From: Candidatus Heimdallarchaeota archaeon
GTDB taxonomy: Archaea; Asgardarchaeota; Heimdallarchaeia; Heimdallarchaeales; Heimdallarchaeaceae
NCBI GenBank assembly: GCA_016840095.1
Contig: JAEOSZ010000111.1
Coordinates: forward strand, 64,001-128,000
DNA length: 64,000 nt
Reading direction: 5' to 3'
This document shows, piece by piece, positions 48,969 through 57,580 of this stretch. A model generated the notes under the pieces. That model made no database searches. It had not been told where the DNA came from and worked only from the letters and a program-made list of their open reading frames with translations. Position numbers and translations under genes: made by a program. Positions within the stretch are counted from its first letter, which is position 1. Every line of letters begins with the position of its first letter.

Positions 48969-49592
48969 TCAATATTTGATATGGTCAATTCCTTTAGTTT
49001 GACCTATATGCCCTACTTTTTCTCCAAATGTCCAAAATTCACCACATCCTGCAACCATCCCAAAGAACTGTTTTGATTCAGGATCTAATCTTCCATTTTC
49101 ATCAGTAACTCCCTTATGGACACTAGTTCTTACAACTTCAGCAAAAAAAACAATCCGATTTGGTGGTAGTTCATGGGAAGAAATTATCTTACATTCAAGT
49201 ATTATAGCTGCTTCTGCTATTCCAGGGGCATCAATATACTTTGAAGAAATTCTTGTTAAATTTGCTTTTTTAAATTTATCCTCTCTTTCAGTTTGACACA
49301 TATCTATAATATCAAATGAATTAGTCCATGAAGTGTCAGGTACATTTAATGTAAACTCTCTGTGCTTGAAAATCAAATCAAGAGCAGCATGTTCATGCTC
49401 ATTTGTAGTACTTTTCTTAGTAACACTAATACCGATTTGTGGAGGATCTCCATTCAATATGAATGTCCAAGCACAGGTAAGATCATCTTCTATATCTTCA
49501 TCGCCTTTAACTCCCAATATGATTGCTGGAACAGGTGGGAGCATTGGTCCAGGTTTTTTTAAATCGATTCGAGTTTCACCAATATTATTCAT
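48969..49592 (-). CDS. Flavin reductase-like FMN-binding protein
   Basis: PVPA, PPQIGIS, EFTLNVP, DKF and AP.I.EA..LEC motifs. Confidence 0.85.
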   Translation of the reverse strand: MNNIGETRIDLKKPGPMLPPVPAIILGVKGDEDIEDDLTCAWTFILNGDPPQIGISVTKKSTTNEHEHAALDLIFKHREFTLNVPDTSWTNSFDIIDMCQTEREDKFKKANLTRISSKYIDAPGIAEAAIILECKIISSHELPPNRIVFFAEVVRTSVHKGVTDENGRLDPESKQFFGMVAGCGEFWTFGEKVGHIGQTKGIDHIKY

Positions 49593-49816
49593 CTACTTAC
49601 ATGGGATATTTCCAAATTTAAATCATTCTGAATGCTGGAAATCTATTAAATCAAGCTATCCGTTCTATTACTTTTTTTGTAAAAAACAACTCTTCTTACT
49701 CTTTTTCGAATTCGGTAGTTTAATGTTTTTTGTCAATATATTGCGTTTTAACATGTTTCCAGTATATTATGCTGATATTAAACCTTGTTTTTAATAAAGC
49801 CCCTTTCTTAGACTTA

Positions 49817-50185
49817 ATGAATAGTGAAGAATCTATCATCAACTATGTACTTAGGAATGAACTCGCTTCAAGAAATGTATCAGTTAGAGAAAATGCCACT
49901 TTTAAATTTGGTAGAAACAAATATGTGATAGATTTCTATCTAAATGGGCATGATATTGGTATTGTAACAATGAACTGGAAACGAACTATTCCAACAAATA
50001 AGTTACTCCAACTTGAACAACTTATAATATCGCTAAAACTGAAAAAACTAGTTCTCGTGTGCAATTCTATAAGTTCTAACGCAAAAGACTTCCTAGCACG
50101 ACGCAACATCCCAATACAGGTCATTCATCTAAATGAAATCTTGTATAAAGAAAGAAGGATTGAGGATTTGATAGCTAGTTATTAG
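49817..50185 (+). CDS. Small restriction-endonuclease-like (Mrr-type) fold protein
   Basis: IDFY..IGIV.MNWKR.I and LVLVCN.IS.NAK pattern; start taken at ATG 49817. Confidence 0.5.
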   Translation: MNSEESIINYVLRNELASRNVSVRENATFKFGRNKYVIDFYLNGHDIGIVTMNWKRTIPTNKLLQLEQLIISLKLKKLVLVCNSISSNAKDFLARRNIPIQVIHLNEILYKERRIEDLIASY

Positions 50186-50188
50186 AAT

Positions 50189-51235
50189 CTAAAGAAATGA
50201 ATCTAAGATTGTTTGCTTTGAAAGTGGAATAGAACTAAATCCTTGTTTTCTTAGTTCTGCAGCAAATCTAGTTGTATATCCATAAATTGTGTATATCTGA
50301 TCCGGATTGCTTAATTTGCAAATCTCAACTAGTTCATTATAATCTGCATGATCGCTTATAGGGTAACTATGGTCCACAGCCATTCTGTAATTGTAGTTGT
50401 CTGAAATAGCCCACCCAGTAAAAGCAAATAACTTTACATCATATTTCTTTTTCAGATACGAGAAGAAGAAATCTCTCCCAGATTTAAGTGGAGTAAAAAG
50501 TATCCATTGATTTTTTTGGTCAAGGAAATTAGATTCTTTTGCTTCTGTATATGCCATTGCTGGAATAGATCCTTTAATTTTCTCTTCCAGAAGCAAGGAG
50601 TTTATTTTGTAATTAGACCCATGCATGACAATATTATCAGAAAGATGCGAAAAAGCATTATAGAGCATTTGAGCTTTACCTAATGCATAACCCATCAGTA
50701 CAACAGGAATATCATTCTCTAGATATTCCGAGATTTGTTCCTGTGCTTCCTTTATCACATTACCATATGCTGGAAATATATAATCAGGTGACCCAAATGT
50801 ACTTTCTATAATTAAGATATCACACTTTTCTGGAGAGAAAGGTTCCAAGAATCCTTTATCTCGGGATGAAACATCCCCCGTATAAACAAGCTTCCCTTCT
50901 GAAGATTCAATTATTAAAGCAGTAGACCCTACAATGTGTCCACTAGGTTTTTGTTTGAAAGTTGTAGAATCAACAGTATATGATTCAAAATAATTCCCCT
51001 CTTCATAGTTTTTAACAAAATTCTTCAAAAGAATTTTTGTTGTAGGTGATGTAATAATGTCAGTTTTAGGAATTTTTCTTGGGATATGATCTGAATGAGC
51101 GTGACTATAGAATACAAGAGGATAATACTGTGAGTTCGTACTATCACAAGCAAGTTTCCAATTATTACCATTAACCCTTATTGTTTTAGAGAGAAAAACT
51201 TTCATTATCCTCAGCACAATTGTGCAGATTTGCAA
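50189..51235 (-). CDS. MBL/beta-CASP nuclease
   Basis: SHAHSDH, GHIVGS, YTGD, ESTFG, YALGKAQ and SDHAD motifs. Confidence 0.88.
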   Translation of the reverse strand: MQICTIVLRIMKVFLSKTIRVNGNNWKLACDSTNSQYYPLVFYSHAHSDHIPRKIPKTDIITSPTTKILLKNFVKNYEEGNYFESYTVDSTTFKQKPSGHIVGSTALIIESSEGKLVYTGDVSSRDKGFLEPFSPEKCDILIIESTFGSPDYIFPAYGNVIKEAQEQISEYLENDIPVVLMGYALGKAQMLYNAFSHLSDNIVMHGSNYKINSLLLEEKIKGSIPAMAYTEAKESNFLDQKNQWILFTPLKSGRDFFFSYLKKKYDVKLFAFTGWAISDNYNYRMAVDHSYPISDHADYNELVEICKLSNPDQIYTIYGYTTRFAAELRKQGFSSIPLSKQTILDSFL

Positions 51236-51271
51236 TTATAAATATAATGTAAAAATAAGAAAAAAATAGAT

Positions 51272-51928
51272 TTATGCTTTATAAGGCATAATTTCTATTG
51301 CGATATTATCGTCTGTTAGTTCAACATCTCTAGCAGCCTTTTTAATGGCTTCCTTGGCTATTTGAACCATTTGGTCAGTTGTTAATTCATCTGAATACTT
51401 TTCTTTAAGATAAGCAATAGCTTCTGAATCACCTTCTCCCATAGCTTTTGCTTTACATGAAACAACTCCACCACCAGGATCAACGAATTGTAAACTTGGT
51501 CCAGTTTCGTCTATTCCACCAAACAGCATACCAACACCAAATGGTCTTAATCCACCTTGTTGTGTAAAGACTTGAACATAATCTCCAGTTTTAATTGCTA
51601 GTCCTCTAACATCCATTTGAACAGAGTATGTTAGTTTAAATATCTCAGCTTCAAGACGAGCTCTACTTATCAGAACACGACCATCAGCAGCTACTCCTGC
51701 AAAAATTGCTTGAATATTATCAGAGACTTTGTGAATTTTCAGATCAGGTTCATTGAGATCTACAACTCTTAATAAACCAGCTAAAACAACACCATGTTTA
51801 CTCTTTATTCCTATTGCAATACTTCCTCTTCTAACTGATTCTCTTGCATATTCAGTTTGAATGATACGTCCTTCTGGAGAATACATTAGAGGTGATCTAT
51901 CATAACCCATTGATTGTGGTCCTAACAT
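51272..51928 (-). CDS. psmA: Proteasome alpha subunit
   Basis: YDR..YSPEGRI.Q.EYA, G..ADGR and RPFGV motifs. Confidence 0.93.
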   Translation of the reverse strand: MLGPQSMGYDRSPLMYSPEGRIIQTEYARESVRRGSIAIGIKSKHGVVLAGLLRVVDLNEPDLKIHKVSDNIQAIFAGVAADGRVLISRARLEAEIFKLTYSVQMDVRGLAIKTGDYVQVFTQQGGLRPFGVGMLFGGIDETGPSLQFVDPGGGVVSCKAKAMGEGDSEAIAYLKEKYSDELTTDQMVQIAKEAIKKAARDVELTDDNIAIEIMPYKA

Positions 51929-51932
51929 TTTC

Positions 51933-52595
51933 TTAAGCCTCCAAGTAACCTTTTACTTCATCAGCTGCCAATCTCTTGACACCTTTTTTGTTCACTAACA
52001 AAACATCAATTCCGTCACCAGTAGCAGTATCTCTGCTTGTAGCTGTAGCTAAAGCAGTTATTGCAACTTTGAGTGCTTCTTCTTCAGTTAAACCATCTTT
52101 CCAGGTTGATTCTAAAACACCATATGCAACTAAAGATCCAGAACCTGTAGATGCAAAGTCTTCTTCAGTGATTCCACCTGCCATATCTAGTGTATAAATA
52201 TGTGGTCCATCCTTATCCAGACCTGCAACAACCATGGCAACATAATATGGAAAATATGACCTATATTGTTCATACATGATAGAAGCCAGTAAATTTCCAG
52301 CCATTTTTGTAGTAGGTGAGTAACCTCTTCCAAGCGAATAGAGGTTGAGATTAGCTCTTGTAAGATGAACTAGATATTGTGCATCTCCAACCAATCCTGC
52401 AATTGTAGCAACTGTAGATTCATTGAGTTCATGGACTTTTTCAGCTTTCTTTGAAGCAACAAAAGATCCCATAGAAGCTCTTTTGTCAGCCGCTACAACA
52501 GTACCTCCTTTAAATCTAACAGCAACAGTTGTAGTTCCATGCTTGGGATCCATCATCGGATTATTTCCCATTCCATTGAAATTCGGATTATTCAT
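51933..52595 (-). CDS. psmB: Proteasome beta subunit with 20-aa propeptide
   Basis: G/TTTV cleavage site, AADKRAS, AGLVGDAQ, GSGS and RD..TG motifs. Confidence 0.95.
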   Translation of the reverse strand: MNNPNFNGMGNNPMMDPKHGTTTVAVRFKGGTVVAADKRASMGSFVASKKAEKVHELNESTVATIAGLVGDAQYLVHLTRANLNLYSLGRGYSPTTKMAGNLLASIMYEQYRSYFPYYVAMVVAGLDKDGPHIYTLDMAGGITEEDFASTGSGSLVAYGVLESTWKDGLTEEEALKVAITALATATSRDTATGDGIDVLLVNKKGVKRLAADEVKGYLEA

Positions 52596-52657
52596 ATTAA
52601 TTCCTCATTATTTTTTATTTAATTTGTTTAAATATATAGTGTTCTATGAATGATTTT

Positions 52658-53374
52658 CTAATTGTATGTATCTTTGATAAAATCTTCAACAATTTCATAA
52701 TCTTCAATTTCTATATTAACTTCATCTAGAGAATATATCTCATTTCTTATCCAGTTTGTAGCTTCTTGTATTTTGTTGTAACTAGGTAAGGATGTTCGAT
52801 ATTCAATGCTAATTTGGTTTCCTTTTTGAATGTAGAGATGAACTCTATCATTATTGTTGTCTTCCCAACATAATTCAATACCTTCTTTGTTTTCTCTTTT
52901 GTAAAGAAATCTAAAATTACCGAACCATCTCTTTTCAAATGCTGAAACTAGTATTTCAGATTTTAATGGTGGAATTAAATGTATCTTTTTCCATTGGGAA
53001 TAGAACCTGTTGTTCTGTATGTTAATAGCATTGTTAGTTATTAAATCCTTGATTAATCCTTTAGTATAATCGCTTCCAATATTTGTAAGTTCATATGTCC
53101 CATTATCTCTTCTGGATAGAAATTCTCTATCTATTAACCTTTTCAGAGCTTTAGTTAATTGATTTTGATGAAGCAAAGTAGTTTTCTTTAACCCTGAAAA
53201 ACTATAAGAGATTTGAGAATCTGATAAAGTTAATAATAGTTGGACCTCTGGTAATGTTAAATAATCATACTCATTACTATAGAAGTAATCCTTTGGAAGA
53301 TTGCCTAACTCAAGGTTGTTATTGTAACCTTCTTTCAAGTTAGAAAAATCTCGATACCCTTGGTCCATATTCAT
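52658..53374 (-). CDS. Winged-HTH domain protein
   Basis: SFSGLKK...LHQ..LTKALKRL ... YELT..G. Confidence 0.65.
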   Translation of the reverse strand: MNMDQGYRDFSNLKEGYNNNLELGNLPKDYFYSNEYDYLTLPEVQLLLTLSDSQISYSFSGLKKTTLLHQNQLTKALKRLIDREFLSRRDNGTYELTNIGSDYTKGLIKDLITNNAINIQNNRFYSQWKKIHLIPPLKSEILVSAFEKRWFGNFRFLYKRENKEGIELCWEDNNNDRVHLYIQKGNQISIEYRTSLPSYNKIQEATNWIRNEIYSLDEVNIEIEDYEIVEDFIKDTYN

Positions 53375-53458
53375 AGTATTATCAATATTATATTATCATA
53401 GTACTTTATAATGACTTGGTTTTTGCAGAATTTAAAGGAAAAAGAACAAAATATCTTT

Positions 53459-55204
53459 TCAGTTATCTTTCTCTCTATTGTTTTCTTTCTCTATTTCACT
53501 TGAAGGACTGACTGAAGTAGGATGTAGGTATACTTCTCCATCTAAAATCGTATATGGTATTCTTCTTTCATCTATCCATGGAGCTGTTTCTCTGAATTCC
53601 TTGAACATATCATTACTCACAATCATGGCATTCTCTTCTTCTGCTAGACGCAGAATGAATTTATCACCATCAACTCTAGCAGGTAACATTTTCATCGCTC
53701 CTTCCTTGACTAACCTATCTAACCGTTTTTGTTCATCAATTTGGTATCGCAATGCTGCATCTGCAACCGTAACGATTTTCTTGAAATTAGCTCTACTTAA
53801 TCGATTGATCATTGCTTCTATATTATTTATTTGTGGTTTATTTGAAAGACTCTTTTCTTCCCATGCTATATTTGAACCATCTAGAATAACCGTTTCTAAA
53901 GGATACGATACTTCAGGGAAAATTCTTGAGCTTGTAGTTCGAACTCTTCTTGCAATTCCTAAAATGATATCTCTAGAGTAATAAGCTAAACCTATAATCA
54001 GTGAAACAAAGAAGATACTGTAAAAAATAATTGGTTGAAAAATAATTGGAGAGCTTTCAACTGGTATAACTGATACAGCTTGAAATTGTGTAAATAGAAG
54101 GATAGTATACCATTTCGTCTCAGATACTGTAATCCATTCTAAATCTATACTAAAGGATAATGGGTGTGTTCCATCAATTTGAGGAACACCATAAATGTAA
54201 TTGTTGTGTCTACCTCCCGCAATTCCCACAGAAACATCTTCAATACCTTCAAAAATTATCTGATCGCAATGAATCTCTGGAACAACGTATAACGTTTCAT
54301 TTTCGTTGTTAATTATCTGATATGTTATCACATAATCCTCTCCCATATTCACAGAAATAGGTAGTTGAAAACTGTCAATAACTAAATCAGGTTCTACGAT
54401 TATTTCTAGTGGATCACTTAGATAAACCCTTGGAGTATCTGGATCATCAATAGTTCTAAAGGTTATTGTAAATGAGTGTTTTTGGAAAAGGTAATCATCA
54501 GGATAGAATGAAATTATACCATCGTAAAATGCCCCTTCTGCAATTTCAATATTCTGTATTGAATGCGATCTTGTCATTGAACCATCTGTTCCAGTTTTTG
54601 TAATTTCATTTGTTACAGTTACATTTGTAACTGTAGTCCCTCCTACATTATTTATTCTACATGAAACTTGATTATCTTGATACCTTGTAAGAAAAGCAGG
54701 ATTTGAAGGAAAGAACATCCTGACTTGTCCGAAAGGTAGAACAATTAGAGTAAAGGATGCTGTAGCATTGTAAGTTGTTGTTGTAGTACTGTTCGCAACA
54801 GCTTTAACAGTAAAAACTCCTCCGTCTTGACCATTAAAAGTTTGCCAAGGGACTGTACGATTGAATTCATCTGTCGTATTTACCCAAACAGTTTCTTCGA
54901 AGATATTCTCACTAAAAGTGTTAGAGATATTGTAATAAACAGTTGAATCAGGGATTAGTGTATTATTTTCGTAGCAAAACTTCATAGTTAAATTGAGATC
55001 GTTTACTCCTCTAGTAATCTCTGATGGATTTGTATAAAAGCTGAAAGTAGCATTTTCAAAGCTTTGAATAACATATCGAGAGTTCTCTTCTATAGGAGGT
55101 TCTATAGCTAGTGCTACATTAGAAGTAGGATTAACAGTCATTGCCAAAAAGAAAATTCCTACTAAAACTATTAGAATGCTATTATTCAATAACCTCCTAA
55201 GCAT
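53459..55204 (-). CDS. Type I membrane protein: glycosylated Ig-like ectodomain, TM and cytoplasmic Zc3h12a/Regnase-type NYN (PIN) ribonuclease
   Basis: Signal peptide; many sequons; TM at ~aa 388-409; ILDGSNIA (D442), DGD (D512/D514), IVSNDMF (D532) and WI.ERR motifs. Confidence 0.85.
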   Translation of the reverse strand: MLRRLLNNSILIVLVGIFFLAMTVNPTSNVALAIEPPIEENSRYVIQSFENATFSFYTNPSEITRGVNDLNLTMKFCYENNTLIPDSTVYYNISNTFSENIFEETVWVNTTDEFNRTVPWQTFNGQDGGVFTVKAVANSTTTTTYNATASFTLIVLPFGQVRMFFPSNPAFLTRYQDNQVSCRINNVGGTTVTNVTVTNEITKTGTDGSMTRSHSIQNIEIAEGAFYDGIISFYPDDYLFQKHSFTITFRTIDDPDTPRVYLSDPLEIIVEPDLVIDSFQLPISVNMGEDYVITYQIINNENETLYVVPEIHCDQIIFEGIEDVSVGIAGGRHNNYIYGVPQIDGTHPLSFSIDLEWITVSETKWYTILLFTQFQAVSVIPVESSPIIFQPIIFYSIFFVSLIIGLAYYSRDIILGIARRVRTTSSRIFPEVSYPLETVILDGSNIAWEEKSLSNKPQINNIEAMINRLSRANFKKIVTVADAALRYQIDEQKRLDRLVKEGAMKMLPARVDGDKFILRLAEEENAMIVSNDMFKEFRETAPWIDERRIPYTILDGEVYLHPTSVSPSSEIEKENNREKDN

Positions 55205-55298
55205 TTATACACTTCTATTTTTTTATTCAAGATAACATTTGAACTGGGTTTAATAAATTTTTGTTAATGTTTTCTGATTCTATAAGAATAAGAATAAT

Positions 55299-55624
55299 GG
55301 ACGATGCAGAAATACCCCTGATTCTGTTCGGAAGCCATTAGGATCTTCCTGGCAACATTCATCTAAGCACTTTACCCAGTTCTTACGAACTCTACTTAAG
55401 CTTGCTCCACGATGTTTGACCGTTTCATCGTATCCTAGTTTCTTCTCAGCAATTTATTCTAAACATGTCACCAGTCTATTTATCGCATCATTGTTATCGA
55501 AACTAGGGCGTTCGTTTCTGTTTCAAGAGCCATATTCTCATATGGTGGATTTACATCCACATCGTTATTATGGAGTCAGGAGGTTCCTCAGCAATAAGCC
55601 GAAAGTTGCCCTTTTGCTTCGTCC
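55299..55624 (-). ncRNA. rnpB: RNase P RNA
   Basis: Minus strand: P1 GGACGA.GCA/TGC.TCGTCC; GAGGAACCTCCTGA pairs with AACAGAATCAGGGGTA (P4 with bulged U); internal ACAGAAAC and GAAACGG motifs; GGAGCAAG. Confidence 0.93.
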
Positions 55625-55683
55625 AACTAAAAGTATTGAATTATACTGATAAATGTAGCTGTAATAGTGAGTAGTTTTGTAAT

Positions 55684-56895
55684 CTAGATAACTTTCAGAT
55701 TTTTACCTATTTTCTCCATTGCTGCTAAGATATAATCGATTTCTTCCTCAGTATGAGTTGCCATTACACAACATCTTAATCTTCCTGCATCTAGAGGGAC
55801 AGCTGGATAAACTATTGGTGGTACCAATATACCTGCTTTTCTCATTTGTTTTGCAAATCGAAAAGTTTTGACATCATTTCCAATAATGACAGGTACAATG
55901 GGCGTATCCTTACTCTTTAATGTATCATACCCTAGCTCTTTAACACCATTAATGAAATGAGTATAGTTTTTCTGTAATGCTCTTATTCTCTCTATATCCG
56001 TTTCAATTATTTCTATTGCTTTAAGAGCTACAGCAGCTGATACTGGTGGAAGAGCTGCACTGAAGATAAACGCATTAGAATTGAACTTTAGATAAGTAAT
56101 AACATCCTTATTAGCAGCAATATATCCTCCTATTGATGGAATTGCTTTACTTAAAGTTCCCATGTAAATATCAATAGCTCCAGGTTCAAGATTGAAATAA
56201 TCATCAATTCCTCTTCCATTCGGTCCTATAGTTCCTATTGAGTGAGCTTCATCTACCATTGTAAATGCTTTGTGTTGTTTTGCCAATTCAATAATTTCTG
56301 GCATCGGAGCTATATCTCCATCCATACTATAAACTCCATCTACAATAACAATCACACGTTTGTAATTCTCACGATGTTCTTCAAGAACTTCAGCTAAGTT
56401 ATCCATGTCATTATGATTGAATCTCTTCCAATCTGCTTTTGACAATATACAACCATCATATATACTCTGATGATCATATTTGTCAATAATGATCAAATCA
56501 TCTTTTCCAAACAATGTGGATATCAAAGTCATATTAGTTACATAACCGCTGCTTAGAACCATTGCATCCTCAGTTCTTTTAAATTCAGAAATTTTCTTTT
56601 CTAGAGTATGGTGTAAATCTGTAGTTCCTGTTAGTAACCTAACACCACCTGCTCCTACACCATATTTATCCATAGCTTCATGTCCTACTTTTATGATTTC
56701 AGGATGAGTAATGAGTCCCAAATAACTATAAGATCCCAACATTAGTAATTCTTGACCATCCACTAGAACTTTACTAGATGCAGCATTTTGGATAGGGAGC
56801 ATGTAAGAGTTTAAACCAAGTTTCTCAAAGTACTTGGCTCTCTTTAAGAAATTCTTAATTTTAGTATTATCTGTGATTTTAGTAATTTTTCTCAC
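55684..56895 (-). CDS. PLP-dependent alpha-oxoamine synthase (BioF/KBL/serine palmitoyltransferase family)
   Basis: GSYSYLGL, HQSI, FNHND, DGVYSMDGD, DEAHS and GTLSKA motifs. Confidence 0.9.
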   Translation of the reverse strand: MRKITKITDNTKIKNFLKRAKYFEKLGLNSYMLPIQNAASSKVLVDGQELLMLGSYSYLGLITHPEIIKVGHEAMDKYGVGAGGVRLLTGTTDLHHTLEKKISEFKRTEDAMVLSSGYVTNMTLISTLFGKDDLIIIDKYDHQSIYDGCILSKADWKRFNHNDMDNLAEVLEEHRENYKRVIVIVDGVYSMDGDIAPMPEIIELAKQHKAFTMVDEAHSIGTIGPNGRGIDDYFNLEPGAIDIYMGTLSKAIPSIGGYIAANKDVITYLKFNSNAFIFSAALPPVSAAVALKAIEIIETDIERIRALQKNYTHFINGVKELGYDTLKSKDTPIVPVIIGNDVKTFRFAKQMRKAGILVPPIVYPAVPLDAGRLRCCVMATHTEEEIDYILAAMEKIGKNLKVI

Positions 56896-57060
56896 CTAAA
56901 CTAACTTGTAACTTTCTAACTAGAATTTGAAATAAATATGTTACTAATAAAACTTCACTTGAAATCTATCAGAAAAATAGTTACAATGAATATTTCGTAG
57001 TTGAAATAATTATTTGTGGGGTTTAAATAGGTTTGATAGACTGAGATAAATGAAAGTAAT

Positions 57061-57426
57061 ATGGCAAGTTTTTGGGGATTTTCTAGAGAATCAAAGGATA
57101 TAGCAAAGCAAACAATAGAAAAACATCTGCAACATATTACTACAAAAAAAGGTCAGATCACTGTTGAAGAATTGATTAAGCTTTTATGGAATGATTATCA
57201 TCTTTTTGAGCATTATCTTAAGCTCAATCTACGTTTAGAAGAGCTAGAAGATGAAGCAAAAATAATTATAGATTCAGAAAAAAACTTACGACCAACAAAA
57301 ATGACTGTAATTGAATCAGGAGAAATAAGAGAAATTGATGTTTGGGATTTTTATCAGAAGAAGGAACAAGCTGAAACTAATAAGAAAATAATAGAACGAT
57401 ACAAAAACATTAACTATCTTGCTTGA
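57061..57426 (+). CDS. Hypothetical protein
   Basis: 121-aa ORF that fills the gap; TTTAAATA about 30-40 nt upstream. Confidence 0.55.
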   Translation: MASFWGFSRESKDIAKQTIEKHLQHITTKKGQITVEELIKLLWNDYHLFEHYLKLNLRLEELEDEAKIIIDSEKNLRPTKMTVIESGEIREIDVWDFYQKKEQAETNKKIIERYKNINYLA

Positions 57427-57498
57427 ACTAATATTTAATCGAAAAATATAAAGAGGAGGGAGATTAGAAAACACAAGCTTAGATTTATATTATAACAA

Positions 57499-57574
57499 GG
57501 GCCAGTAGTTCAGTGGATAGAATGGCTGCCTGCGGAGCAGTTGGTCGACGGTTCGAATCCGTTCTGGCCCGCCA
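57499..57574 (+). tRNA. tRNA-Arg(GCG)
   Basis: GGGCCAG/CTGGCCC acceptor, GCTGC-CTGCGGA-GCAGT anticodon arm, GTTCGAATC, encoded CCA. Confidence 0.95.
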
Positions 57575-57580
57575 TTTTCT

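Noticed and set aside
49333-49794. 153-aa plus-strand ORF and other short ORFs antisense to long genes (e.g. 20291..20656, 53478..53981, 35148..35543)
   Set aside because: Shadow ORFs opposite well-supported genes, with no motifs
49817-51235. Anti-phage defence pair (Mrr-like plus MBL nuclease)
   Set aside because: The genes are convergent, the catalytic motif of the small protein is unclear, and there is no defence-island context
55416-55649. 77-aa ORF on the plus strand
   Set aside because: Antisense to the RNase P RNA gene
34034-57574. Integrated element bounded by tRNA genes
   Set aside because: No integrase, no duplicated tRNA 3' end seen, and the content is housekeeping
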